Below, piece after piece: positions 10,544 to 20,516 of a stretch of DNA of 64,000 nt (position 1 is its first letter; the number at the start of each line of letters is the position of its first letter). The notes below the pieces were generated by a model. That model had not been told where the DNA came from. It was given only the letters and a program-made list of their open reading frames with translations, and ran no database searches. A program made the position numbers and the translations under genes. Origin of the DNA: an uncultured Gemmatimonadales bacterium (GTDB lineage: Bacteria; Gemmatimonadota; Gemmatimonadetes; Gemmatimonadales; GWC2-71-9); the NCBI GenBank assembly GCA_963730185.1, contig CAVSQW010000008.1, positions 1 through 64,000 on the forward strand, written 5' to 3'.

Positions 10544-11647
10544 CTAAACGTATTCCCAGTCCCGCAGCCAGCGGTATCGTGGCCGGAGGTTGGCCCACAT
10601 GTGCTCGCCGAAGCCCTCAAGCTCCGTCTTCTCCTGGCTATTGAGTTCCCGCCGCTCCTGGATGGCGGCGACGACGTTGTCAACCTGGGCGGCGTTGATC
10701 AGCCCCGGGATGGGCGCCGAGATGGCCGGGTTATTCAGGATGTAACGAATCGCCATGCGGGCGCGGCGGTCGTCGGCCTCGCGGTTTTGATCGCTCAGAG
10801 CGCTCGTGCCGACGAACAGCGAGTTGTCGGCGAACGGTTTGATGCCAAACGCGCCGACGTCGTGCTTCTGGATGACATCGAAAAGGCTGTCGCCCGGGAG
10901 CCTCTTGCTGGCGGCCGTGTAGGGGAATAGCACGGCCTGGATGGCGTCGGGATACTGCTTGATCAAATTGGCCAGCCAGGTACGGTTGTGCGTCGAGACG
11001 CCGGTGAAGCGGACCTTGCCCTGCTTGCGCGCGGTTTCGAGCGCTTTGGCCGCGCCTTCCTCCACCCGCTTCAACGCGGAAAGGCTCATGACGCGTTCCA
11101 TGGGCAGCGAGATGCGCCAGAAATCGACGTAGTCGAGATTGGCCTCCTTCATGCCTTCCTCCAAGCCGCGCAGCAACGGCTCGGCCTTCTGGAACTCCTC
11201 GAAGCGCGACTCGCGGACGTGCCAGGAATAACCCAGGTACATCTTCTCCCGGCGGCCCTTTAAAGCCTTCGAATAAGCCAGGATCTCCGGTCCTGCGCAG
11301 GCGTCCACATAATTGATACCCACGTCGATGCAGCGGCTCACGATCTCGGTGCGATTGCCGATGAAGCCTGCCTCGTTGACGTTCTGGAAATCCTCTTCCT
11401 TGTAGCCCTCGCCGATGAAGCCCTTGCCCAATATCGTGTCGAGCCGCTTCCAGTGCCCTCCCAGGCAGGCGGCGGAAACCATAATCCCGGTCTTGCCCAA
11501 CCGGCGGTACTCCATATTTTCGTTGTAGTTGAGAATCTTGCCGGTGTCGTATTCCTTGGCGCCCACGCCCCCAACGCCGATCACGGTGACGCCGGCAGCC
11601 ACGGCGGCCGTCTTGGCGAAATCCCGGCGGCTTATGCTTTCACCCAT
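10544..11647 (-). CDS. Aldo/keto reductase family protein with Tat signal
   Basis: SRRDFAK Tat motif; MEYRRLGKTGIMVS, GINYVD, GKVRFTGVSTH, PIPG. Confidence 0.85.
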   Translation of the reverse strand: MGESISRRDFAKTAAVAAGVTVIGVGGVGAKEYDTGKILNYNENMEYRRLGKTGIMVSAACLGGHWKRLDTILGKGFIGEGYKEEDFQNVNEAGFIGNRTEIVSRCIDVGINYVDACAGPEILAYSKALKGRREKMYLGYSWHVRESRFEEFQKAEPLLRGLEEGMKEANLDYVDFWRISLPMERVMSLSALKRVEEGAAKALETARKQGKVRFTGVSTHNRTWLANLIKQYPDAIQAVLFPYTAASKRLPGDSLFDVIQKHDVGAFGIKPFADNSLFVGTSALSDQNREADDRRARMAIRYILNNPAISAPIPGLINAAQVDNVVAAIQERRELNSQEKTELEGFGEHMWANLRPRYRWLRDWEYV

Positions 11648-11756
11648 GGTTGATTACCTCCAACACAATCAGGCCTGAAATCCTACAATATCGTATACCA
11701 AGAAACGGAAACAGCAAAGTGTTAAAGTCATGCTCCCGAATTGACGAACTAGTGCC

Positions 11757-12104
11757 TTGCGCGTCAGAAACACATCCAAGGAGACCGTGCTGGCCGAGCG
11801 GACCATGATGGCCAACACCAGCGAGACCCGCCGCACCGGTCTGCTCAAGCACGAGAGCCTGCCCAAAGGCGAGGGCTTGTGGATCGCTCCCTGCGAAGCC
11901 GTCCATAGCTTCTGGATGAAATTCGCAATTGATGTACTCTACCTCAATAAGAAGAAGCAGGTGGTCAAGATCCGCCGCAACATGGTTCCGTGGCGCCTGT
12001 CGGCCTGCCTCCGTGCGCATTCCGTGCTGGAGTTGCCCGCCGGGATGGCCGCCGAAACCCGGACCGAGACCGGCGACCAGCTTGTCTTTGAGCCCCTGAA
12101 CTAG
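11757..12104 (+). CDS. DUF192 family protein
   Basis: RRTGLL...EGLWI.PC.AVHSFWMKFAIDVLYL...SVLELPAG. Confidence 0.85.
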   Translation: MRVRNTSKETVLAERTMMANTSETRRTGLLKHESLPKGEGLWIAPCEAVHSFWMKFAIDVLYLNKKKQVVKIRRNMVPWRLSACLRAHSVLELPAGMAAETRTETGDQLVFEPLN

Positions 12105-12164
12105 ATTTCAGGGGAACAAACATCCGTCCACTCCCGTACAAACAGGTGAAGAGGACTCCAGCCT

Positions 12165-12503
12165 ATGTTCTGTACCGTGTGTGGCCACCAACTCAGCGAA
12201 ACAGACAAGTTCTGCCCTCAGTGCGGCGGATCAAGGGAGAAGACCGCGTCCCGAGCGGCGCCCATGGCGCCATCAAACACGAGACTGGTCCGGCCCATGT
12301 ACAAGAAATCCATCGCGGGCGTCTGCGCGGGGTTCGCCGATTACCTCGAAGTGGATCTGACGTTGATGCGGATCGTCTGGCTCTGCACGGCCATCTTCAC
12401 CGGCATCGGTTTCATCGCGTACCTGGTGTGTTGGATCGTCATGCCGAAGGACTACGGGCCGCAGCCCATCGCCAGCACAAACGCGACGGCGCCGGCTGAT
12501 TAG
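12165..12503 (+). CDS. PspC-domain protein with N-terminal zinc ribbon
   Basis: MFCTVCG...FCPQCG then IAGVCAGFADYLEVD...YLVCWIVMP. Confidence 0.88.
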   Translation: MFCTVCGHQLSETDKFCPQCGGSREKTASRAAPMAPSNTRLVRPMYKKSIAGVCAGFADYLEVDLTLMRIVWLCTAIFTGIGFIAYLVCWIVMPKDYGPQPIASTNATAPAD

Positions 12504-13401
12504 TGGCTGGCTTCCGCGAACGTCTCCGCCATCAGTTGATCCAGCAGGGCCGGATTGATATCCACGTTCACCTCTACATGCCGCTCCTGACGCCCAACGG
12601 CGATCTTATCGTACAGGGAGAGCAGCGCCGGCTTGCCCGAGTCGCAAAGCGAGCCAGGCCCACCATGGTTTTCAGCGTTGATTGCAACTTCTCCGCGGCG
12701 TCCGGGGTTTCACATTCGCCCACGGCCTGAAAGACAAGGCGATCGCGCAGATTGGCCATCGCCTTCAGGTTCTTGACGCTTCGCAACAGGCGGTCGAGAT
12801 TTGCGACGACGCCCTGACGTGGCTCCGCTGGCGCGAACCCGCCCGTCGAGACCGCCCAGATCTGATTCGACCGGTCGATCGACTCGGTCAGAGCCAGCAG
12901 CGCCGTCGGCGGTCCCGCCGAATCCGAGCGAAGATCGATTACATCCTTTACGCGGTTTGGAGGCCCGGCGACTACCGTCGTGGCGTTCATAAACGTAATG
13001 GCGGCGTTCCCGTCCTGGACCAGCAGATACCCTTTGTAGGAACTTCTCGTCGCCCCTTCCCATGCGAGTCTCGGCTCCATGCCGGTTTCCGAAAACTTCC
13101 CCCTCGCCATCAGCACTGCACTCAAGCCGTTCAGGGCCGCCAGAATCTCCCAGATGTCGTCCGGCGACGTCCCCGTCCTCTTAACGAAGTCGCTCAAGCC
13201 CGGCAGGCGGCCGGAAGCGGCGTGCTTCTCGTAGAATGGCGTCTCCCGCAGATGATCCAAGCGCACGCCAACCAGTCCGGCTGTATCGGGAGGAATCAAT
13301 GTCGCGAGAGCCGGGTCAATCGAGACGTGCGGCGGAGTCCGCGGCCCGCAAGCGATGGTCCCGATAGCGAGAGCCAGCGCGGCGGCAAGTGGATGGCGCA
13401 T
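12500..13401 (-). CDS. Hypothetical lipoprotein (C-terminal frameshift)
   Basis: MRHPLAAALALAIGTIA-C lipobox; shifted frame ends ...LLDQLMAETFAEASH* overlapping the pspC-like stop. Confidence 0.65.
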
Positions 13402-13510
13402 GAAGCCTATTATGGACGATCCACCGCCGGCGCCGTCTGGTGTATACTCAGGGCGAATCCGGCCCCGGAAGCCGGGGACAAGAATCAAAATGGAAAGGAA
13501 GTGTGATGGT

Positions 13511-15085
13511 ATGCGACGACGTGATTTCGTGAAGTCGACGGCAGCGGCTGGGGGGGGACTTGTGCTCCTGCCCAGCGGGACCCTATTCGGGCAGAACCGG
13601 CCCAGCAACAAGCTGAATCTTGCTCTCATTGGCGTGTGGGGCCGTGGAACAGCCCACTATAGCTGGCTCCGGAACGAAAACGTCGTGGCCGTATGCGATG
13701 TGAACGAGACGCGGCTGCAGGAAGGCGTGAAGGTTTTTCCGGGCGCCAGTACCTACACCGATTGGCGGAAGTTGCTGGATCAGAAAGACGTCGAGGGTGT
13801 GGTCATCTGCACCCCGGATCATCACCACGCCTTCATTACCAACTGGGCCTTGAATCGTGGCAAACACGTTTTCTGTGAGAAGCCGCTCGGCATCAGCGTC
13901 GAGGAAGTCCGCGTGGTCCGTGACAACTACATCAAGCAGAAAGCCAAGCTGGCCACACAGCACGGCACTCAGCGCCACGCCTATCCGAACTTCGAGCACG
14001 TCCGCGAGCTAATCCTGGACGGAGCGATCGGCGATTTGAAACGCATCTCCGGGTGGGACGCCCGCGAGCTGCCCGGCCTGGTTATCCGAAAGGCGAAGGC
14101 AAGGCGCCATCGGTCTTGCAGTGGGATCAGTGGATCGGCCCATCGCCCTTCCATCCGTACACGCCGCAGTACTTCGGTGGCAGCGCCGGCGGCAACTGCC
14201 TCTCCTGGAACATGTACCGGGACTTCGGCGTCGGCCAAATGGGGGACATGGGCGCCCACACGATGGATCTTCTCTGGAACGCCATCGATGCGGGTGCGCC
14301 GACGGCAATTGAGATCGACCAGGATGTCAGCGACAAATACAACCCGGACATCAATCCCGTCAAAGCTCAAGGCGATTTTCGAGCATCCGGCCAATAGTTG
14401 GCGGGGCCCGATCACCGTGGAATGGTATCAGGGCGGGTTGAAGCCGGAGCCGCCCCGAGGCTATGTCGATCTGACCGATGTCGGAAATGGCGCGATATTC
14501 GAAGGAAGCAAGGGCTTCATCTTCTGCGACTTCGTCAGCCGGGTGATTATTCCGAGCAACGACGACGGAGACATGACCTACTACAAGCGCCGCTCGAAGG
14601 ACCAGCTTCTCCCGCTCGTGGGCCGCACGGGTACGCCCTCCCCGCCGCCTCGCCCTTCCCGTCCCCGCACCGCCACCGAACGCCGCAGCGGCGGTTTCCG
14701 TATTCCGATGGGATCCGATGGATTCCCCGCTGTGGAACTGCTGCCGGGAGATCTCCCGCCGGCCCTGGGTTTGCCCAATCCGGGACTCGAAGCCATCCAG
14801 GAGGGCCGTCTTCGCCCTAGTGACAACCGGGACGCCTTCATGCTGGATTGGGTCTATGCCTGCAAGGGCCAGAGCGACAATCTCAAGTTCGGCACGAGTT
14901 CCAAGACTCACTGTGATTTCGATTACTCCGGCACGATGATGGAACAGATGCTGTTCGGCCTGGTAGCGCACCGCGCCGGCAAGAAGCTTCGAGTACGATC
15001 CGGCGGCGGGACGCGTCACCAACGCCCCCGAAGCCAACGACTATCTCAAGCGCAATACCGCCCTGGTTGGACACTCAACGGCTGA
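13511..15085 (+). CDS. Gfo/Idh/MocA oxidoreductase with Tat signal (frameshifts ~14075, ~14360 and near the C-terminus)
   Basis: MRRRDFVK, LIGVWGRG, ICTPDHHHA, HVFCEKP; WDQWIGP and GQMGDMGAHTMD in a shifted frame; YRPGWTL end. Confidence 0.88.
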   Translation: MRRRDFVKSTAAAGGGLVLLPSGTLFGQNRPSNKLNLALIGVWGRGTAHYSWLRNENVVAVCDVNETRLQEGVKVFPGASTYTDWRKLLDQKDVEGVVICTPDHHHAFITNWALNRGKHVFCEKPLGISVEEVRVVRDNYIKQKAKLATQHGTQRHAYPNFEHVRELILDGAIGDLKRISGWDARELPGLVIRKAKARRHRSCSGISGSAHRPSIRTRRSTSVAAPAATASPGTCTGTSASAKWGTWAPTRWIFSGTPSMRVRRRQLRSTRMSATNTTRTSIPSKLKAIFEHPANSWRGPITVEWYQGGLKPEPPRGYVDLTDVGNGAIFEGSKGFIFCDFVSRVIIPSNDDGDMTYYKRRSKDQLLPLVGRTGTPSPPPRPSRPRTATERRSGGFRIPMGSDGFPAVELLPGDLPPALGLPNPGLEAIQEGRLRPSDNRDAFMLDWVYACKGQSDNLKFGTSSKTHCDFDYSGTMMEQMLFGLVAHRAGKKLRVRSGGGTRHQRPRSQRLSQAQYRPGWTLNG

Positions 15086-15158
15086 GATCTACGCGAAACC
15101 GGCGAGGCTTGACAGCCGTCCAACCAAGGGGCACTATGTCCCTAGAAGGGTGGATGAT

Positions 15159-16154
15159 ATGAACACTTCGTTCTATCGGCTTCTGATTGCCGGGCTGTTG
15201 AGCCTCTCGATAGCTGGGGCGCAATCCATCGTCTCCGCTCGCGCTGGCGCGATACATCACATCGAGGGCGAAGTGTTGGTGGACAGCGAACCCGTGGTCC
15301 TTGAGTTTGCGAAGTTTCCGAACCTGAGCGAAGGGAGCGTTCTCCAGACGGAACGCGGCCGCGCCGAGATGTTGCTCACGCCAGGTGTGATCATCCGGCT
15401 CGCTGAGGAAAGCTCGGTCAAGATGTTGAATGCCGGGCTGGCCGATACACAGGTGGAGTTTCAGAACGGATCGGCCCTCATCGAGGCGATGGAGATTCTT
15501 AACGGCAACTCCATTTCGATCCGGTATGGAAATGCAATCGTAATATCGAGAAGCCCGGTCTCTACCGTCTGGATTCGAACCCGGCGCAACTCCGTGTGTT
15601 CGACGGAAAGGCGCGGGTCGTCAAAGCCGATGATGAGGTGGTGGCGAAGAAGGGCAGAGTCGTCGAACTGGCGCCTTTCCTGGTGGCGTCGAAGTTTGAC
15701 CCAAAGCAGGATGACTCTTTGTATCGGTGGAGCGCCCGCCGGTCGAGTTACCTTGCCAGCGCGAATCTGACGGCGGCGCGGTCACTGGACCTGTGGGGTT
15801 CTTCCTGGAACCGGAGCGGCTGGCTCTGGAATCCCTATTTCGGAATGTTCACGTACATTCCGGCTCGGGGCATGTTCTCAAGCCCATTCGGGTATTCGTT
15901 CTTTAGCCCGGCCTACGCCACGATGTACTATTTTCCGCCTCCGGTTTACGGTGGCGGTATGGGGAGTGGCGGGACTTACAGTCCAGACCGGGGCTACAGC
16001 GTCGTAAGCGGCCGCTCGATGTCGACTTCCGGGCGCAGTTCCGGAATGTCCGCCCCCAGCACTGGCGCGCCCGCCTCCAGCAGCGCCGGAGCAACCCGCG
16101 GCGGAGCCACCTCAGTCGGCCGGTCCCCTTCCGGCGGCGGCCGCGGGCCGCTAG
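15159..16154 (+). CDS. FecR-like domain secreted protein with Ser/Gly-rich tail (frameshift ~15545)
   Basis: Signal peptide, SARAGAIHHIEGEV, LQTERGRAEMLLTPG..RLAEES; DDSLYRWSARRSSYLA; probable stop TAG 16152-16154 at the REP. Confidence 0.7.
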
Positions 16155-16184
16155 AAAAAGGGGAAATTTTTCCGTCCCCTTTTT
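16155..16184. repeat. REP-like hairpin, copy 3 (solo, between convergent genes)
   Basis: AAAAAGGGGA-AATTTTTCCG-TCCCCTTTTT, a variant of copy 2. Confidence 0.8.
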
Positions 16185-16190
16185 GGGCGG

Positions 16191-19100
16191 CTACTGTGGT
16201 TCTAGGATTTGTCCGTCGGATTGCAGTCGCGCCCGCAGCTTCTCATAGTTGACGTTCTGCACTGACACGCCATCGTCCAGGGCCAGGGCGGCCGCCGTCG
16301 CCGCGGACTGGCCGAGAATCATGAATACCGGTTCCATGCGTACCGATCCATAGGCGATGTGGGAACTCGACAGGCACACGGGGACGATCAGATTCTCGCT
16401 CTCTGCCGCCTTTGGAATGATCGATCCGTAAGAAACCTTGTAAGGTGGCACCTTTATCCCGACATCGCCCTCGTTCTGGACGAATCCGCCTGGGGTGACA
16501 TAGCGCTGCACGTTGTGCGAGTCGGCCGTATAAGAACCCATGCCGATCGAGCGCGGCGTCTCGCGCGTTCCCAAGCAGTCATTCTCGGTGAGGACGTATT
16601 CACCGATCATGCGTCTCGATTCCCGAATATAGATCTGATGCGGCCAGTTACCGTTGTCAGCGAATTCGTCCCGCGCCAATCCCCAGCGGCTCATCTCAGC
16701 CCGGATCTTCTCCGGCACGCGCGTATCGTTGGCCAGGAAGTATACGAGCCCCTTCTGATACTGTTCGTGCTCCTTCAATATCTCGCGGCGCCGTTCGTAG
16801 CTGGCCTCCGGATAGTCGTAATTCATGCCGATGTTGTCGGTGCTGAAAGGCCCATGGTTGTTAGTGTCGGTCTTCCCGTTAGGAATCGCATCAAACTTGG
16901 CGAAAACTTCGTTCCAGCCGCCTTCCAGAACGCGCGCCAGTAGCTCGTACTGGAAAGCGTCGTACCCCTGGGGCTTTTCAAACGGCAAGCGATTCCCGGC
17001 GACCGTTGTCAGGCACATCCGGAAACAGTAGGCCTGAATCCGATCGTCGCCCTCACCGTTCTCGCCGGGGTCGCCATCGTGAACGCGCGGTACCAGGCCG
17101 CTCGACGGATCGCCCGGCTTCACATAGGGACTGATCGGCGTAGGAAAGAAGTGGCCGTGATGGCGAACGTCTTTCTGTACTCCATTGAATCGTTCGCCGT
17201 AAACCGAGTTCGCTTCCCGGCCGACATCAAAGCTGACACCGGCGGCCGCCATCAGATCGCCTTCATAGGTGGCGTCGATAAACACCCGGCCCCGGTACCG
17301 GTTCCCGCTCAGCATGGTGATGCTCTCGATCCTGCCGCCGCTCTTCTCGACGCCGCCATCGCGGTCCAGCCATTCGTTCCTTGCCACGGGAATCCCGTGT
17401 TCCGCAATCAGGTCTTCGAAAATCCGCTCCGCTACGTGCGGTTCGAACAACCACATCGTGCGGTTCTCGCCGTCCATGGCGACTGTCCCTTGCCCATGGT
17501 TGCCGAACTCCTCCCGCTTCTGCCATCGCCACGCTTCCGGCCGCTGATAGTGTTGCCAAACGCGGTGATAGAACTCGCGGGAAATCCCGCCGATTAACCG
17601 CGTATTCCCGGAGTCCGTATAGCCAAGCCCGCCGCTGGTCAGGCCCCCGAGGTGAGTGTCCGGACCAACGAGGATCGCCGACTTACCCATGCGCCGGGCT
17701 TGCACCGCGGCGCTGACGCCGGCCGATGTGCCGCCATAAATGACCACATCGTAGATGGGGCCGCCGCCGGGCTTCAGCCGCCGTTCGAAGAAATCGGCGA
17801 TGGTCCGGTACAAGTGCCTCTTCTCGACCCCGGTCACGCCGTGCGTCTTCTGCGGATAGATCATCATTTCGAACGGCCGGCCCGCTTTTTCAAGCTCGGC
17901 CGCGAACTGCATCGTGTTCTGAAAGAGCACGTTGTCGTCTTCGATGTTGTGGATCAGCAGCAAGCCGCCTTTGAGATTGCCGGCGCGGTGTACCGGAGAA
18001 CTCACCCGGTAGCCCTCCTCGTTTCCGGCGGGAAGCCCCAGGTACCGCTCGGTGTAAATCGTGTCATAGTTGCGCCAGTCTGTCACCGGCGCGCCCGCGA
18101 CACCAGCCTGGAAGAGATCCGGGGCATGGAGCATCGCGTAAGAAGACATGAAGCCGCCGTAGCTCCAACCGTGAATCCCGATCCGGTTCGGATCGACGAA
18201 GCCCATCGAGATGAGATGTTCGACGCCGCGCGCCTGATCCTCCAGTTCCTGATTCCCGAACCGCCGGTAGAGCTTGGTCTCCCACTTGTGGCCGCGCCCC
18301 GAGGAGCCGCGGTTATCGAGTTGCCAGACGACGAAGCCTGACTGCGCCAGCGCCTGGTTGAGGTCCGCGCCGGACCAGGAATTCAGTACCGTCTGCGATT
18401 GCGGTCCCCCGTACACGGATACGACCGCCGGATACTTCGTTCCCGTCTGGAATCCAGCCGGCCTAATGAACCGCCCGTAAAGCAACTCTCCGTCAGCCGC
18501 TTTCACGGTGACGACTTCGGCCGGGAGAATCCTGTACTCCTGTTGAGTTTTCTTCTCCGAGGATTGCAGCACGGCGAGTTTCCCGTCGATGGCGTACAGG
18601 CTGGTCCCGGTGGGACGTGTCATACTCGAATGCGTATCGATGTAGTGACGGCAATTGGGACTCATGTCGATCGAATGCACGCCGTCTTCCGGCGTAATTC
18701 GGGAGCGCGGCCCCGCGTCGAAGCTCACCGAATAGAGGTGCCGTTCGAGCGGCGTCGCCTCGGTCGACACGTAGTAGACGCGCCGCTCCACCTCGTCGAC
18801 GTCCACCACCTCGCTGACCTCCCAGTCGCCCGCGGTAAGTTGCCGCTTTAGCTCCCCCTCCATTGAGTAGCGGTACAGGTGCCGGAACCCGCTACTCTCG
18901 CTCGACCACAGGAACCCGTCCTTGAGGAGCCGCAGATCGTCCGAGAGATTGATCCAATACGGATCGGTCTCTTCGAGAAGCACACTCGCGGACCCTTTCA
19001 GCGGCACGTGCCGAAGCGCCAACCGGTTCTGAATCCGATTCAACTTCTGGACCAATAGGCCGGTCGAATTGGGAAGCCAATTGACCCGCGCCAGTAAATC

Positions 19101-19916
19101 GGCCCCGCCATCAACCGAATCCACCCACCGCGTGCGGCCCCCGGACGCGCCCACCACTCCCAGCCGGACGCTTGCATTCGGCGTTCCCGCTTTCGGGTAC
19201 CGCTGGGGTTCCGCCACGGCGCGGAGTGGAATCAGATCAACATGGGGGTAAATGTGCTCACGGCTTACGTCGAACTGCAGATAGGCCACCTGGCGGGAAT
19301 CGGGCGACCACCAATGCGCCGTGCCTAGGTCCAGCTCTTCCGGATAGACCCAATCCATCTTCCCGTTCCACCGCGTTGGCGTTCCATCGCGCGTCAGTCG
19401 GCGAACCTTCCCAGACCCGGCTTCGAGCACGTAGAGATCCTGCCCGCGGCGGAATGAGACCCGCGTCCCGTCGGGTGACAATTTCGGGTCGGCCTCATCC
19501 GTGGCGGTTTCGGTCAGTTGGCTCCAGCGCCCCCCATCCAGGGGATAGACGAAGAGATCCCCCTTCACTTTGATGAGCAGGCGATCGCCGCCGGGAAACC
19601 ACTGGAGTTTCGATTCCCGCACCCGCCGGTTCTCCCAGCCGAAGATCTCCGGCTCTGGCGCAGCCGCCTGCATCTCCATGACCGACAGCTTGACCAATTC
19701 CTGGGGCGCTGCTTGGGCGGTATCAAACAGAAACAACCGGCCATTCTGTGTGTAGACGAACCGGCCCCCGTCCGGCGACCACGCAACATTCGCGATTCCA
19801 TCGTCCGCGGACGAGCCTCCCGCAATTTCCGGAGTCACCGCCTTGCGGCTCTGGGCCATTCCGGCGGAAGAGATCAAGACGAAATAAAGAATGAGGAATC
19901 GCAATCTAAGAATCAT
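16191..19916 (-). CDS. Fusion: dipeptidyl peptidase IV-like S9B peptidase (N-terminal) + FAD-dependent oxidoreductase (C-terminal)
   Basis: Signal peptide; DWVYPEE; GWSYGG, DDNV, KTHG (Ser-Asp-His); then in frame KPGGGP-IYDVVIYGGTSAG (Rossmann), FIDATYEGDL, YIRESRRM, SHIAYGSVRMEP. Confidence 0.85.
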   Translation of the reverse strand: MILRLRFLILYFVLISSAGMAQSRKAVTPEIAGGSSADDGIANVAWSPDGGRFVYTQNGRLFLFDTAQAAPQELVKLSVMEMQAAAPEPEIFGWENRRVRESKLQWFPGGDRLLIKVKGDLFVYPLDGGRWSQLTETATDEADPKLSPDGTRVSFRRGQDLYVLEAGSGKVRRLTRDGTPTRWNGKMDWVYPEELDLGTAHWWSPDSRQVAYLQFDVSREHIYPHVDLIPLRAVAEPQRYPKAGTPNASVRLGVVGASGGRTRWVDSVDGGADLLARVNWLPNSTGLLVQKLNRIQNRLALRHVPLKGSASVLLEETDPYWINLSDDLRLLKDGFLWSSESSGFRHLYRYSMEGELKRQLTAGDWEVSEVVDVDEVERRVYYVSTEATPLERHLYSVSFDAGPRSRITPEDGVHSIDMSPNCRHYIDTHSSMTRPTGTSLYAIDGKLAVLQSSEKKTQQEYRILPAEVVTVKAADGELLYGRFIRPAGFQTGTKYPAVVSVYGGPQSQTVLNSWSGADLNQALAQSGFVVWQLDNRGSSGRGHKWETKLYRRFGNQELEDQARGVEHLISMGFVDPNRIGIHGWSYGGFMSSYAMLHAPDLFQAGVAGAPVTDWRNYDTIYTERYLGLPAGNEEGYRVSSPVHRAGNLKGGLLLIHNIEDDNVLFQNTMQFAAELEKAGRPFEMMIYPQKTHGVTGVEKRHLYRTIADFFERRLKPGGGPIYDVVIYGGTSAGVSAAVQARRMGKSAILVGPDTHLGGLTSGGLGYTDSGNTRLIGGISREFYHRVWQHYQRPEAWRWQKREEFGNHGQGTVAMDGENRTMWLFEPHVAERIFEDLIAEHGIPVARNEWLDRDGGVEKSGGRIESITMLSGNRYRGRVFIDATYEGDLMAAAGVSFDVGREANSVYGERFNGVQKDVRHHGHFFPTPISPYVKPGDPSSGLVPRVHDGDPGENGEGDDRIQAYCFRMCLTTVAGNRLPFEKPQGYDAFQYELLARVLEGGWNEVFAKFDAIPNGKTDTNNHGPFSTDNIGMNYDYPEASYERRREILKEHEQYQKGLVYFLANDTRVPEKIRAEMSRWGLARDEFADNGNWPHQIYIRESRRMIGEYVLTENDCLGTRETPRSIGMGSYTADSHNVQRYVTPGGFVQNEGDVGIKVPPYKVSYGSIIPKAAESENLIVPVCLSSSHIAYGSVRMEPVFMILGQSAATAAALALDDGVSVQNVNYEKLRARLQSDGQILEPQ

Positions 19917-20119
19917 CGCCACTGTGATTCTAGCGGAAACGCGAGCGGCAGACGTAGTCGTGGTCTTGCTGAGCGGTCCTACAATGCCGCCGTGCCTGTC
20001 ATGTTGCTGAAGCCGTGCGGGATGAGAGCCTGGTTCTAGTACTAAAGATCCGAGACGTTGTTGCCCGGGACGCAACCTTCCTATACAGTTAAGGTCTATT
20101 ATCCAGAAGGAGCTCGGGA

Positions 20120-20413
20120 TTGACGCACTTGCTTGTTCAGTATTCATACCTTCAAGTTCTGGACTTCCTGACGACGTTGACCTTCCTGCTTTACGGCGTG
20201 CAAGAGGCGAATCCGATCGTGCGGTGGTTCCTCGACCTGACTTCCTCGCCGATTTACGGCCTGATCGCGATCAAGTTGATCGCCGTACTTCTGGGGATCG
20301 CCGTCTGGCGGCTTGGCCGGACCCGCCTGCTTGCCCGCATCAACCTCTTATTTGCTCTCGTCGTGACCTGGAACCTCCTGGCCCTAATAGTCAGCGCCCT
20401 TCATCCCGCATGA
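20120..20413 (+). CDS. Small membrane protein, DUF5658-like
   Basis: LDFLTT...G.QEANP motif and three hydrophobic segments. Confidence 0.7.
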   Translation: MTHLLVQYSYLQVLDFLTTLTFLLYGVQEANPIVRWFLDLTSSPIYGLIAIKLIAVLLGIAVWRLGRTRLLARINLLFALVVTWNLLALIVSALHPA

Positions 20414-20417
20414 TCAA

Positions 20418-20447
20418 GAAAGGGGACGGTAACAAATTTCCCCTTTC
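20418..20447. repeat. REP-like hairpin, copy 4 (solo)
   Basis: GAAAGGGGA-CGGTAACAAATT-TCCCCTTTC; loop identical to copy 1. Confidence 0.88.
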
Positions 20448-20516
20448 CCGGGCCATGGAGCATCGTTCATAATCGAGATCGCCGATTGCCCGCGGCGCGC
20501 ATGTTACGCTCGATAC

